Shown here in pieces: positions 28,101-38,630 of a DNA stretch of 64,000 nucleotides. A program made the translations under genes and the position numbers. The stretch is taken from the NCBI GenBank assembly GCA_009729775.1, contig GCA_009729775.1_4081.1; one strand, given 5' to 3'. Below the pieces are notes generated by a model. It ran no database searches, was not told the DNA's origin, and worked only from the letters and a program-made list of their open reading frames with translations. The stretch's first letter is position 1, and each line of letters starts with the position of its first letter. Source of the DNA: Escherichia coli. Its GTDB lineage: Bacteria; Pseudomonadota; Gammaproteobacteria; Enterobacterales; Enterobacteriaceae.

Positions 28101-28406
28101 TTAGTGACTTGCCCAGCAGTAAACAGGACGTAGATTTTCCATTGGATTTACTTCAGGCTTCAGTACTGTTACACGTACTTCATATGGAGTTCCATCTGCG
28201 TGATGGAATGTTTCATAATGAATACTTTCAATAAATGTTTCGTATTCTTCTTGTGAACGTGAACGTACTGATGATGAATATTTCTTTTTAGAATCTGCTT
28301 TAAGTGTAACACTAACTAGTTCTGATTCCTCACCTTCTTCAAGTTTGTTGAAATCGAACTCTGGTACACCTTCAAACATATCAAATTTCATTCCATTTTC
28401 TTCCAT
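28101..28406 (-). CDS. hypothetical protein
   Basis: 101 aa ORF. Confidence 0.5.
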   Translation of the reverse strand: MEENGMKFDMFEGVPEFDFNKLEEGEESELVSVTLKADSKKKYSSSVRSRSQEEYETFIESIHYETFHHADGTPYEVRVTVLKPEVNPMENLRPVYCWASH

Positions 28407-28455
28407 TTTTAAATTCCTTTTATATAATGTTAATTAGATATTTTTAATAAGCAGA

Positions 28456-28842
28456 TTAGATTGTGTCATACTGTAGTGTTCCGTGACGGAATTTTTCAAG
28501 TCGTGCTAGAACTTCTTTTCGTTCAACAATTTCTGGAACATCTTCTTGTAGTTGATCACAAACTTCAACAATGAAGTCCCAATCACTCTCACAACTTTGT
28601 CGTACCGCCTCAATTGTTTTCCAATCAGTACTGATATCACCATCAGCATTTTGATATACAGGCCAAACTTTTCCATAATCAGCAATGGATTTGTCATTTA
28701 GAATACGAATGGCATTGAAAATCTGACCAGTACTGAAGTGTTTTGTATTCTTCATATCTTCTAAACAGCATAGCTTTGGCTCACCTTTTACTTCAATGAG
28801 TAAAACACCACCAATTGCTTTTAGGACTGAACTTGTATTCAT
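28456..28842 (-). CDS. hypothetical protein
   Basis: 128 aa ORF. Confidence 0.5.
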   Translation of the reverse strand: MNTSSVLKAIGGVLLIEVKGEPKLCCLEDMKNTKHFSTGQIFNAIRILNDKSIADYGKVWPVYQNADGDISTDWKTIEAVRQSCESDWDFIVEVCDQLQEDVPEIVERKEVLARLEKFRHGTLQYDTI

Positions 28843-28913
28843 CTATATCTCCGTTATCAAAAAAAGATGTGAACATTATATCACAAGAATCTAATATGTT
28901 CACATTATTTTCA

Positions 28914-29207
28914 TTAGATTTTAATAATATTGTACCAGTTATCAAAATCCTCAATTGCTAGAATGAACATATTTTCATCATTGAAATCTAAAATATGTTC
29001 ATTGTATAGGTAACTAATGTACTTGTTTTTGCATAGTCTAGCATTCATTAGTAACATTTCTACTGCACGTTCATAAGAACAAGGAACAAGGTATAACTTA
29101 GTACCATCTTGGTGAATAATTTCCTCAGCACCATGTGGTATAAAACGTTCTGCTGTATGTGGAATATACGGCTTAGTTTTAAAAATAATTTTGAATTTAG
29201 TATCCAT
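28914..29207 (-). CDS. hypothetical protein
   Basis: 97 aa ORF. Confidence 0.45.
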   Translation of the reverse strand: MDTKFKIIFKTKPYIPHTAERFIPHGAEEIIHQDGTKLYLVPCSYERAVEMLLMNARLCKNKYISYLYNEHILDFNDENMFILAIEDFDNWYNIIKI

Positions 29208-29223
29208 ACCAAATCCTCCAGAT

Positions 29224-30078
29224 TTATAATGTTTCTTTTATGTTATGTAACATAGTATTAACTATGCACATCTTACCACCTAACTTGTAGTAATATTCTA
29301 ACTTATTAATAATATTACTTTTTAATATATCAAATATTTGATATTCATTTGGATCGAAACTAAGTTCGAATTGGAATGTATATAAATTGTTAAAGAGGTG
29401 AACTAATGATGCATCTGGTGATTCCATTGTAACTGTATATTTTTCACGATAACCAGTACTAATCACTACTTCGGATATATCACCTTTCATGTATATGTCA
29501 ATATTGTACATCATTGGTCTGCCCGTGGCAATATCTTTCATGCGAAAGAATGCAGTACTACGATATACAATGCCTTCTGAAACCTGTTCTTGTATAGTGA
29601 TATTTGAAACTTCACTCTCTTGGAATTTGGACTCGAATGAATGAGTGTAATTTGTTTTTTCATTATCCGTGTGCATAGTACATGTGTATTTTCCAAAATC
29701 ATCTCTAGATGTATATGATTTATCACTGCTAGTTTTATAGAACGAAACACCATTGATATGTTGTTCTTTATACATCATCGTGTCATGGGATTTGTAGTAT
29801 GAACAATTAGGTGTTGAAAGAGATTCAAACTTGTTCACGTCATGACAGTAAGAAATAGAAGAATCGCTATACATTACTACATCACGAATTGCAACTTCTT
29901 TTGTAAAACCTTTTTTGACGGAAATTTGAAAGTCATTGTATGGGAAGATTGTATATCCATCGTATGCATTTGATGTACTGATACCAAATGGTGTAGTAGA
30001 ATTCAGAAATTCGTTGATATGTTCAAGTACTGAATACTTTTTAAAATTAAGAAAATCTGAAATGTCTAACATATACAA
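29224..30078 (-). CDS. hypothetical protein
   Basis: 284 aa ORF. Confidence 0.5.
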   Translation of the reverse strand: MYMLDISDFLNFKKYSVLEHINEFLNSTTPFGISTSNAYDGYTIFPYNDFQISVKKGFTKEVAIRDVVMYSDSSISYCHDVNKFESLSTPNCSYYKSHDTMMYKEQHINGVSFYKTSSDKSYTSRDDFGKYTCTMHTDNEKTNYTHSFESKFQESEVSNITIQEQVSEGIVYRSTAFFRMKDIATGRPMMYNIDIYMKGDISEVVISTGYREKYTVTMESPDASLVHLFNNLYTFQFELSFDPNEYQIFDILKSNIINKLEYYYKLGGKMCIVNTMLHNIKETL

Positions 30079-30092
30079 TCCTCATAAATTTA

Positions 30093-30233
30093 GACAAAAA
30101 ATTAGTCGAGAATAAATCTCGACTTGTGTTTTACTTTACCATTTTTCATTTCTTTTTTACGATCCACATGTGTCTGAGGCTTGTTAAACTCATTCATGTG
30201 TTTCTGTACGAAATTGTTTACTTTCTTAGCCAT
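30093..30233 (-). CDS. small basic protein (46 aa, below track cutoff)
   Basis: MAKKVNNFVQKHMNEFNKPQTHVDRKKEMKNGKVKHKSRFILD; GGAG RBS 5 nt upstream; 3' end overlaps a hairpin plus T-tract. Confidence 0.35.
30095..30124 (-). terminator. rho-independent terminator
   Basis: AGTCGAG-aataaat-CTCGACT with T6 on minus strand. Confidence 0.55.
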
Positions 30234-30235
30234 AC

Positions 30236-30709
30236 TTACTCCAAACTGGGATCTTTAACTGTTAGACTTTCTATGTCACTCGCATAAAGAACTACATTGG
30301 ATTGATTTTCAGACACTTTAAAGTCGTGATAACTGTCTTTGACGATAAAATTATCTAATATAAACCCTTTACTACAGCACATCATAATTTTATCATCTTT
30401 GATTGTGTAGGTGTTTTTCTTTTTACGTACTTCAGATTGTGGCGTAATACTATCGTTATTACGAATAACACAATCAATATATTGTTCATTTGTACTCATA
30501 GGCATACCCATGATAAACGAGTTTTCAGTACTGATTGTTAGTATAAAAACGTTAGTATTTGGGTTGTGAAAAAAATCATGCATTGTCTTGCTACACAAAA
30601 ATAGACATTGAATAATGTCCTTCACATTAAACATTATATCATGAACTTTGAATGCGTCCAACTCTAAAATGTCATCAATTTTCCCATTTTCAACAGTTTT
30701 AATCTCCAT
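30236..30709 (-). CDS. hypothetical protein
   Basis: 157 aa ORF. Confidence 0.5.
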   Translation of the reverse strand: MEIKTVENGKIDDILELDAFKVHDIMFNVKDIIQCLFLCSKTMHDFFHNPNTNVFILTISTENSFIMGMPMSTNEQYIDCVIRNNDSITPQSEVRKKKNTYTIKDDKIMMCCSKGFILDNFIVKDSYHDFKVSENQSNVVLYASDIESLTVKDPSLE

Positions 30710-30751
30710 GATCTATCCTTGATCTTCTAATGCACTCCATGTGCGTTTTTA

Positions 30752-31249
30752 TTAAGTCACTGCATTATACTTCTCTATAGCATTAGTAATATTTAATATA
30801 GCTTCAGGAACCATTTCTTTATTGTATTCACGTTTTAAATTTTCCATTTTCTTAATAATTTCCAAGAAAAATGGCAAAATACATGAAGTATCTGTAAAAT
30901 TACATGAGTACAAAGTACTCATTTGAAATAATTCACCTGAATCAATATTAAGAGATTTGTATTCCTTAACAATGTTTTCGTTTGTATTGAAAATATGAAA
31001 TACTGTTCCCATGTGATGAAGATATACACCATTCTCATTTTGAATATGGCATGGTGTGATTACAATAGCAGTGTTGTCAATATTATTTACTATTGATAAA
31101 CGTAGACTATGTAAACCTAAAATAACAGTACAATCACTTGAACTGCTTTGAATTTGGTCAGCAGTTTGTGTAACACTTGTAATATTTTCCCCATCAAGAC
31201 AACTCTTGATTTTATCAAATGAATTTTTCATTGATTTAGTTAGATACAT
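30752..31249 (-). CDS. family A paralog
   Basis: motif SGELFQMSTLYS. Confidence 0.5.
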   Translation of the reverse strand: MYLTKSMKNSFDKIKSCLDGENITSVTQTADQIQSSSSDCTVILGLHSLRLSIVNNIDNTAIVITPCHIQNENGVYLHHMGTVFHIFNTNENIVKEYKSLNIDSGELFQMSTLYSCNFTDTSCILPFFLEIIKKMENLKREYNKEMVPEAILNITNAIEKYNAVT

Positions 31250-31653
31250 TTATGAACACCTTCGAAATATTTGATTAATGATTTTATCATATCGCTACTA
31301 ATGCCATGTAAGTCAACACCTAAACACTCGTATTGAAAAAAATCAATATCCTCCAGTGTGTTTAGATCAATTTCCACCTTATCATGACCCAACGAATTCA
31401 TAATAACGTTTTTATCATTAATTGTCAAGAAAGTTTTTTTATTTGAACCTAAAAAGATTTTTACATGTTTTTTTGGCATTACATCATAAGATAAAGATTG
31501 TGAACCATAAATGTATATGCCTTCCATTGAACCAATATCTATAAAATATAGACGAATCCCTTTGTGGTATTTTGACTCCTTAGTCATCGCCTCTATTAGT
31601 TCATCTGTGGTTGTTAACCTTGTTTCTTTCTTCTCTAAATTGCTCAAATGCAT
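31240..31653 (-). CDS. family A-like paralog (divergent)
   Basis: motif EDIDFFQYECLG. Confidence 0.45.
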   Translation of the reverse strand: MHLSNLEKKETRLTTTDELIEAMTKESKYHKGIRLYFIDIGSMEGIYIYGSQSLSYDVMPKKHVKIFLGSNKKTFLTINDKNVIMNSLGHDKVEIDLNTLEDIDFFQYECLGVDLHGISSDMIKSLIKYFEGVHKCI

Positions 31654-32074
31654 AAAATAATACCTTGATCATTTGTAATGTTTCTGACATTACATCAGCA
31701 GAAAATTGAACATCAGTGTATTTTACCATAGTACTTTGAGTAAAGAAAGTAGCTTCAATATCTTCAAGGTCAAATGGCTCATCAAATAAATTAGTACTGA
31801 ACATATCAGTTTTTTTCTTATAAGTCAACATAAACTTAGCACTGTATCTCAATACAATTTCATCTTTACTTACTAAAATTCGTGCAATGTTCTGTCTACC
31901 CAGTGTTGTAATGTTAACATTAAACGTATTCTTTCGTGCCTCAACAATATCAACGAAATAACCATCACCTTGGTAAACGTTATGACGAACTTCTAATCCT
32001 TGTTGAACTGTATTGAACAGTGCGTCCTGGATAAAATAATTTGCAGTATCGATGTTTCCTAAAATATCTAACAT
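31601..32074 (-). CDS. family A-like paralog (divergent)
   Basis: motif EATFFTQSTMV. Confidence 0.45.
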   Translation of the reverse strand: MLDILGNIDTANYFIQDALFNTVQQGLEVRHNVYQGDGYFVDIVEARKNTFNVNITTLGRQNIARILVSKDEIVLRYSAKFMLTYKKKTDMFSTNLFDEPFDLEDIEATFFTQSTMVKYTDVQFSADVMSETLQMIKVLFYAFEQFREERNKVNNHR

Positions 32075-32604
32075 AACTTCTCCTTTATAGCTGTCATATT
32101 TAGAAGAAATTCAGTAAGCAATTCCTCCGTAACATGCTCTGTATACCAGAATATCACAATATCTTTTGAAAGTCTAGTATTCATAAAAATATCTACTAAC
32201 TCTTTGTAGTACTCTAGCGTTTCGAGATTTGTGAGAATTAACGAGTACTGAAAGAGTAATTCTTCAGTTAGATTAAATTCTGGATAAAGTAAATCATTGA
32301 ACTCATGTGATGCAGTTTGAACTTGAATTCGGTCAAAGTTATTGGTTATACAACCGGAATAACTATTTCTGTACAACGCTCTGTACAACGCAGCATAATC
32401 TATGAATTTTGCTTTAGGGTTAAAATCAAGAACACTTTCACCTTTATATGACAATCGGTGGAACGCCGAGAACATAGTCACTTCCCACGGTTGCTTAATA
32501 TCTAGCTCAGTGATATCAATATTATTGGACAGAAGAACCGTAAAAATCTCACCAATCTTTAATAGTAATTTTGTACGTGCCAGTGCTACCATCGGATCAG
32601 ACAT
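32068..32604 (-). CDS. family A paralog
   Basis: motif TEELLFQYSLIL. Confidence 0.5.
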   Translation of the reverse strand: MSDPMVALARTKLLLKIGEIFTVLLSNNIDITELDIKQPWEVTMFSAFHRLSYKGESVLDFNPKAKFIDYAALYRALYRNSYSGCITNNFDRIQVQTASHEFNDLLYPEFNLTEELLFQYSLILTNLETLEYYKELVDIFMNTRLSKDIVIFWYTEHVTEELLTEFLLNMTAIKEKLC

Positions 32605-33017
32605 TATACACCTTCATATTCATCAAGAAAATCTTCGATAATCATTTCAGCTTCATCCATATGCATAGCATCAACTTCAATGATGCGAACTTTAGATGCA
32701 TCCCAAATCATATAACTAGGAACATTATCAGGCTCGTAGTCATTTTTGTACTGAACAGCATCATAACCTTGAGCAGTGCAATTCTCAATAAGTGAACGCC
32801 ACTCATCATCACTGCCTAAATCTTCACACAGAAGCACGTTATCAACATCAACTTCTAAGGTATGCAAGTATACTGTACATGCGTCTACTACGTTCAGTGG
32901 GCTTCTCAGCTTGCGTAATGCAGCTTCCAAAGCACTGTGTTTACCTCCCATATGAAGACCACCATACGGGATATAAAAGTTATCAATTTTTACAGTACTC
33001 GCATGATACAGTTTCAT
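32604..33017 (-). CDS. hypothetical protein
   Basis: 137 aa ORF; acidic C-terminus. Confidence 0.5.
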   Translation of the reverse strand: MKLYHASTVKIDNFYIPYGGLHMGGKHSALEAALRKLRSPLNVVDACTVYLHTLEVDVDNVLLCEDLGSDDEWRSLIENCTAQGYDAVQYKNDYEPDNVPSYMIWDASKVRIIEVDAMHMDEAEMIIEDFLDEYEGV

Positions 33018-33026
33018 ATTTCATTC

Positions 33027-33611
33027 CTATTTCAGTACTTTAGTCAATGCTTTCACAGCGGTTTCGAGTTGAGCATAGTCGTTAATTGTAAGGTAATGAA
33101 TACCATGTGCCTTCATTTCAGCATCTATTTTACTATATAAATCAAACATGTCAAGGATATGATTGTATGCATATGAAGTATTTGAAACACACAATTCTTG
33201 GAACAAACGTTCTTCCAAGTCATTCACAACTTCTCCATGAATATCAAGTACTACACCATCTTTGTAAGTGTAGTACTCTTCACTCCACTCTTCAGAAAGT
33301 CGGAACAGTAACGGATTCCCGCCGAACACTTCCATGTCATAGGAATTTATCTCACTAAGTAGTGTTTCACCTGGTTCTGGTGTGAAGTCAAAATATGCGA
33401 GTGTTGTACCATCATAGTCCTTGAGTGATATACCAGTATGATTTAAGGTTACTTCACCATAATTATTATTCTTGAACTTGATTTTGATATTAATCTCAAT
33501 GTATTTTATTGTCTCATCATCACTGAAATTGTAATCAACTTTATACTTTTTCCAAAGAAGTTTGATATCTTTGAAGTACTTTAATTTACTTTCAATTTCT
33601 TTAAAGTCCAT
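33027..33611 (-). CDS. family A paralog
   Basis: motif EERLFQELCVS. Confidence 0.5.
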   Translation of the reverse strand: MDFKEIESKLKYFKDIKLLWKKYKVDYNFSDDETIKYIEINIKIKFKNNNYGEVTLNHTGISLKDYDGTTLAYFDFTPEPGETLLSEINSYDMEVFGGNPLLFRLSEEWSEEYYTYKDGVVLDIHGEVVNDLEERLFQELCVSNTSYAYNHILDMFDLYSKIDAEMKAHGIHYLTINDYAQLETAVKALTKVLK

Positions 33612-34203
33612 CTGGAACCACCATTTCTTGAATGTGCTTACATTTTATATTTGCCATATTGGTATGTAATATAATGCTGTGTTTACGCAATGATTTTACT
33701 TTGTAGCACTCATTGAGTACTGAAATAATTCCCCATAACTCTTCTACACTAATAGTGATAGGTTCACTTGTACTCAGTTGCATCAGTGCTGCTTGAACAT
33801 CATCTTTGTTATTAATAGTGAACTGGATTCCTCTTTTGAGAATTTTAGTTTTTGGATTGTACTCAGCTAATACATCACCTTCTGGATAACCCTCATGAAG
33901 TAATAATGTTGTTTCAAAATCACCGCAGTTGAAGTTAATTTCATCATAATCAGGTACACAAATGTTCCCTTCCCCGTACTCATTAGGTTCAGATTCTAGT
34001 GTTAAAATACGCTGAGTCTCATTGCTCAGGATGATAGAATCATTCCAGTACTGGGTAGTGAATGCTCTACGTTTCTTTTGAAAGCACATACTCGACATTG
34101 AACCATACTTCTTGTATATGGACTTCTTGAACTCAATAGCAGCAGGAGCCACCTTGATAACTTCACGAATTAAGTCAATAGCTTCTTGATAACTTTTTCT
34201 CAT
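33601..34203 (-). CDS. family A paralog (divergent)
   Basis: motif QAALMQLSTSE. Confidence 0.5.
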   Translation of the reverse strand: MRKSYQEAIDLIREVIKVAPAAIEFKKSIYKKYGSMSSMCFQKKRRAFTTQYWNDSIILSNETQRILTLESEPNEYGEGNICVPDYDEINFNCGDFETTLLLHEGYPEGDVLAEYNPKTKILKRGIQFTINNKDDVQAALMQLSTSEPITISVEELWGIISVLNECYKVKSLRKHSIILHTNMANIKCKHIQEMVVPDGL

Positions 34204-34751
34204 TTATCGTATCCATATAAAATATGATCTAGTGTACTTTGTACTTCTTCATGAAAGAATGAAGGGTAAACTTGTATCAATTTATCTTTAAGTTCAAGGG
34301 AATGGCATAGTTCTAATGTTTTGTAACAATCCTCGTACTGTGCCAGATCATGTAATGTACTTAACTGAAAATGTTGTTCTTCGGAGTACAATAAATCATA
34401 AACCATATTATCGGATAAAAGATTAGATTTGATTGAAGGATCAAGTACTGTCTGGTGGTGACCAACCCAAAAGATAGCTTTTGAGTTAATGTTATTACAA
34501 CCCCATCCTTTCCCCATCTTTTGGTGAATAGCAAATACACAGGAATCATACAAATTAATGCTCAGACGTTCTTCGTCTGCATGGATAGTTACACCATCAA
34601 TAGATAGTGTATATTTGAAATCCATAGCCCCCTCACTTCGTGCACGAGAACTAAAGACCAGATATCGATGAATTATGGTATTGATTTTATCTGTCCATCC
34701 ATCAACACATTTGGATGCACATAATGTAAAAAGATCATGATTGTAGTTCAT
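34200..34751 (-). CDS. family A paralog
   Basis: motif EEQHFQLSTLHD. Confidence 0.6.
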   Translation of the reverse strand: MNYNHDLFTLCASKCVDGWTDKINTIIHRYLVFSSRARSEGAMDFKYTLSIDGVTIHADEERLSINLYDSCVFAIHQKMGKGWGCNNINSKAIFWVGHHQTVLDPSIKSNLLSDNMVYDLLYSEEQHFQLSTLHDLAQYEDCYKTLELCHSLELKDKLIQVYPSFFHEEVQSTLDHILYGYDK

Positions 34752-34769
34752 AAAATTCTCCTTTAGGAC

Positions 34770-34798
34770 AATGTATCATACAAAAATACCAGAGTCAA
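34770..34798 (-). promoter_or_regulatory. sigma70-like promoter (TTGACT-17-TACATT, TGn extended -10)
   Basis: Reverse complement reads TTGACTctggtatttttgtatgaTACATT upstream of AAAGGAG RBS and the ATG at 34751. Confidence 0.35.
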
Positions 34799-34812
34799 CC
34801 CCTGGTACGAAT

Positions 34813-35394
34813 TTAATCCATCATAAGTGGGATAATTGCCCATATCTTTTTCATAATCATATCTTCAGTAAAAACAAATGTTTTAGGAGCAGTATATGAT
34901 ATTGACACACCAAATGGAAGTTTGATTGCATCATCAATTATATTATGAATATCAAACCATGTTTTAACATAATCATACGGTGGAAGTTCATGAATTGTAC
35001 TTAACTGAAAGTAATTCTCTTCACCAAAATCACTATATTCAATTTCACAAATTTTAGTGAATTGATGATTCCATTTAGATATAATACTATTTTTATTATT
35101 GTACATAGTAGTTCTATGCATAAAACCATTTTTGCTAGTATGATTTGATATTACGTTTTCTTCAATGTCAGTATCTATTTTAAAATTCATATCAAAGTTG
35201 TAGTACGGACTTGACGATTCTTTGAATTTTAAATGTAAATTGCGATTGTTATTAATTTCAATTTCAATACAAAACACATCTGAATCAAAACGATTAAACT
35301 TGTAATCGTTATCTTCCGGTAGATTCTGTATTTTTTTCATAATACTAAGCATAGGGTGTACTACACTTTTAATAAAATCATTTGTTATTTTCAT
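34813..35394 (-). CDS. family A paralog
   Basis: motif EENYFQLSTIHE. Confidence 0.6.
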   Translation of the reverse strand: MKITNDFIKSVVHPMLSIMKKIQNLPEDNDYKFNRFDSDVFCIEIEINNNRNLHLKFKESSSPYYNFDMNFKIDTDIEENVISNHTSKNGFMHRTTMYNNKNSIISKWNHQFTKICEIEYSDFGEENYFQLSTIHELPPYDYVKTWFDIHNIIDDAIKLPFGVSISYTAPKTFVFTEDMIMKKIWAIIPLMMD

Positions 35395-35887
35395 AGTATT
35401 CCTTTAGAACTTTATATGATTCAACAATACTATCTTGTGTATAATTTGAACTATATACAACAGCACTTGTTTTAGTTGACCATAGATATGACATAAAGGT
35501 TATAACACTACTACATGGACTTAATGTATTGTTTTGAAATTCAATTTCTTCAATGTTATCAGTACTGGTATAGATGAATTGGAAAGTATCCATTGATTTA
35601 TTGGACAGCGATACTATAGTAGAATCCGTACCAGGACTATACATGAATGTCTCATTGCTAATAGTACTATCATTAGTATATGATGGTTTAGGAATATAAA
35701 TCAAACGCATGATATCACGCTCCAGACCTGACTTATTACTTTCCACCAAAGAAATCATATCTATATTTGTTATATGTTCAACACTGACATGGAACTTTTT
35801 GTTTAGAATTACATCTTTTGGTGAATTTTTATATGAAGACAAAATCTCATACAGCTCAACCAATTCTCGTGCATTTAATAAACTCAT
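35378..35887 (-). CDS. family A paralog
   Basis: motif EEIEFQNNTLS. Confidence 0.5.
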   Translation of the reverse strand: MSLLNARELVELYEILSSYKNSPKDVILNKKFHVSVEHITNIDMISLVESNKSGLERDIMRLIYIPKPSYTNDSTISNETFMYSPGTDSTIVSLSNKSMDTFQFIYTSTDNIEEIEFQNNTLSPCSSVITFMSYLWSTKTSAVVYSSNYTQDSIVESYKVLKEYYENNK

Positions 35888-36312
35888 GTTTTGTCTCTTA
35901 ATGAAAGAATATCCTTAGTATAAACTGAAACAGAAATATGATTATATTTCATCATTAATTTATACACATAAGAAGCTAGTACTAAATCGTAAATTAATTT
36001 AGTATTATACAGTACTTGGTATTGTAACGCAAGTGAATCAATATCATCTTTACTTTCAATATCCAGAAATGTACCAAAAATTGTAGTACCGTGTAGATGA
36101 AAAGTGGAATTAATGCAATCAATGCATTCATTGTCCAATAGAGTAGATGATGATGCCCTCGGTGAATCCCAAATAGTCACTGCGTGTATGCCCTCAACGA
36201 ACAAATCTATCCATATTTTGTGTCGTTGTCTTTTTTTTGTTTTATAATTTTCTGGATTTGAAAGTGTAGTTTCAATTATATCCCATATGTACAAACAATC
36301 ATCTCTTGTCAT
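35884..36312 (-). CDS. family A-like paralog (divergent)
   Basis: weak motif DSLALQYQVLYN. Confidence 0.4.
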   Translation of the reverse strand: MTRDDCLYIWDIIETTLSNPENYKTKKRQRHKIWIDLFVEGIHAVTIWDSPRASSSTLLDNECIDCINSTFHLHGTTIFGTFLDIESKDDIDSLALQYQVLYNTKLIYDLVLASYVYKLMMKYNHISVSVYTKDILSLRDKT

Positions 36313-36890
36313 TATAGAACCTTATCCATTGCTGCATTTAATGCTTTTAAACGATCTACATTCAAATTATTGAAGATGTATGTTCCTAACATGTGGAAAT
36401 CGAACTGGTACTTTTTGTATTCATGATAAATTAAACTACAAAAAATAACAGTACTAAGAACCTCTTCAGGTATAACAGTGCTCATCTGGAACAGGTCTTC
36501 TTCAACTGTACTTGATTCTGGATCGATAGCTTTTAACTCATACTCTTCATCACCGAATAGTACTTTAATATTATATAAAACACCAACAGTACTAATATGG
36601 AATGGGTGGTGTGAAAAACTTCCATCATCCTTAATTTGTATATCGGTTCTAATCTCACACTCTTGATTACTTTTATTTTTATTTTTTACAATACAAATAT
36701 TTCTAGCCCCAGAAATAGTAAGAATGCCGTGATCGTAATATTCATTGGACCAACATTTAGATGAAATTGCTACATCACGGATGAGGTATTGTTTTTCAAT
36801 TTCTTTTGAACTACTAACAATTGATAACATTTTTGTACTGATATCATATAATAACTGATGGCGTTCTGTCATATAACTATAAGCGTTCAT
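36312..36890 (-). CDS. family A paralog
   Basis: motif VEEDLFQMSTVI. Confidence 0.6.
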   Translation of the reverse strand: MNAYSYMTERHQLLYDISTKMLSIVSSSKEIEKQYLIRDVAISSKCWSNEYYDHGILTISGARNICIVKNKNKSNQECEIRTDIQIKDDGSFSHHPFHISTVGVLYNIKVLFGDEEYELKAIDPESSTVEEDLFQMSTVIPEEVLSTVIFCSLIYHEYKKYQFDFHMLGTYIFNNLNVDRLKALNAAMDKVL

Positions 36891-37461
36891 ATTTTTCCTT
36901 AACCAATTCTATATTTTGAAGTAGTGTATTCAGAACATCAGTCTTGTAATTGATAAAATCATTGTACATAACTAGTTCACCACAATCAAGAACTTTTGCA
37001 GTATCGTAACAAAGCATTAAGTACTCGAATTCTTTGTAATTGTCCAACAATGATTTCTGGAAAATGAATGCATCTCGAATATCTTCACTTTGGTCTAATT
37101 CTGGTGGAACATCCAACCCAATAAAACCATCATCTTCACTGAAATCAGATTCTACAATTTTATTAATTTTTTCATGTAATGCATTCGCAAATACCATATT
37201 AGAAGAAATAGAACCAATACGTTCACGATTTCTGGATGTGCGAATGTACATAGTAATCGTATCCCATGAACTTTTAATTTTTTTAGAAAATTCATAAGTT
37301 TTATATACATCCAACTGAACTGATCCAAAACGATGTTTGGATTTGTTTTCAATTTTCAATCGATAATCATCAAATTCAACAATTTCTGTAATGTCATGAA
37401 TCTCTGAAAGTTCTGCAATGTCATGCATGAGTCTCAAAATTTTAGTTCTGATATGGTTCAT
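36877..37461 (-). CDS. family A paralog
   Basis: motif RDAFIFQKSLLD. Confidence 0.5.
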   Translation of the reverse strand: MNHIRTKILRLMHDIAELSEIHDITEIVEFDDYRLKIENKSKHRFGSVQLDVYKTYEFSKKIKSSWDTITMYIRTSRNRERIGSISSNMVFANALHEKINKIVESDFSEDDGFIGLDVPPELDQSEDIRDAFIFQKSLLDNYKEFEYLMLCYDTAKVLDCGELVMYNDFINYKTDVLNTLLQNIELVKEKYERL

Positions 37462-38036
37462 TGTGCATCCTCGAATTTAACAGGTACATGTTCATTAATG
37501 AAATTCTTAAGAGCCTGTACTAAATCCTCTAATTCTTTTGTACTGTATTTTAAAATAGTTTTAAAGTGAATCAAATCTTTTCTTTCCATGATCTTTGGAA
37601 TTTTATATGCTAACTCTAAACAGCGTACAGTACTGGCATCATACAAAAGGTTTGCGTTGAACATTAGAACATTGTATTCATCAGATGAAATTTTATAATT
37701 ATATGTATCAATCACTTCATGTGTGTATAAATTCTTATACACAATTTTATTCTCACTGAAGTTTGAGCAAACGCACAGATAATCGTTGTAAAATGAAGAA
37801 CGATAATCTTGTTTACGTTGTACATCTGCTATGATTTGTAATACTGTATATTTTTCTTCAGAATCCAACTCAATGTTAGCATAACTGCTCGCAGTTTCAG
37901 ATACAAGGATATTGATGTTATATTTCTCATTAACTTTAATGTACTGGCGTGAGCCAGTATCAGGAATGAACTTAAAACAATGCTTCAGAAGTAATGTGAC
38001 TTCTTTAATTAATTCAGTACTCATAGATTCCTCCAA
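37458..38036 (-). CDS. family A-like paralog (divergent)
   Basis: weak motif DEYNVLMFNANLLYD; GGAGG RBS. Confidence 0.45.
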   Translation of the reverse strand: MEESMSTELIKEVTLLLKHCFKFIPDTGSRQYIKVNEKYNINILVSETASSYANIELDSEEKYTVLQIIADVQRKQDYRSSFYNDYLCVCSNFSENKIVYKNLYTHEVIDTYNYKISSDEYNVLMFNANLLYDASTVRCLELAYKIPKIMERKDLIHFKTILKYSTKELEDLVQALKNFINEHVPVKFEDAQ

Positions 38037-38051
38037 CTCTAGTTAAAATCA

Positions 38052-38080
38052 AGTATAACACACCTGAATGCTCTTGTAAA
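38052..38080 (-). promoter_or_regulatory. sigma70-like promoter (TTTACA-17-TATACT)
   Basis: Reverse complement reads TTTACAagagcattcaggtgtgtTATACT between a terminator and the gene starting at 38036. Confidence 0.35.
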
Positions 38081-38089
38081 GCCATAAAC

Positions 38090-38112
38090 ACAAAAAGACC
38101 CATACGGGTCTT
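38090..38112 (-). terminator. rho-independent terminator
   Basis: AGACCC-atac-GGGTCT with T5 on minus strand. Confidence 0.6.
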
Positions 38113-38630
38113 TATTTTGGTAAAACACTGTCAATGTACGCTAGAACCTCATCTCGAAGGTACGTTCCATCTATAGTTAGGTAATAGTTCATGGGAATAT
38201 CACTCCCAACCTTCTCATAAATTTTCATACATGATATCACATCTTCATCACAAATGGTACTCAATTGAAAAAGAACTTCATCGGTTAACGGTACGATATC
38301 ATGTTTAGATAGGGGATTTGTATTTTCATTCAACACAATATTAATCAAGTTAGGAGTATTCTTTGACGAAATATAACGATGCTTACTACGAATTACCATT
38401 CTCGATAGTGAAATACTGGAACTCCATCTTGGATCAACATCTTCATATGATAACGATATTAACATCTCGTGAAAATCTTGAAATTTCATTGACGCATAAT
38501 ATGTTTTATCCTCACCGTACATACCAAATGATTTAAATTCAATATCCCCCACTTTGTATGTATCGACATCATTATTTGAGAACTTTATTAAACTATTAAT
38601 TAGTCTAATTAGAATATCATCTTTATCCAT
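38112..38630 (-). CDS. family A paralog
   Basis: motif TDEVLFQLSTICD; start trimmed to MDKDD to remove overlap. Confidence 0.55.
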   Translation of the reverse strand: MDKDDILIRLINSLIKFSNNDVDTYKVGDIEFKSFGMYGEDKTYYASMKFQDFHEMLISLSYEDVDPRWSSSISLSRMVIRSKHRYISSKNTPNLINIVLNENTNPLSKHDIVPLTDEVLFQLSTICDEDVISCMKIYEKVGSDIPMNYYLTIDGTYLRDEVLAYIDSVLPK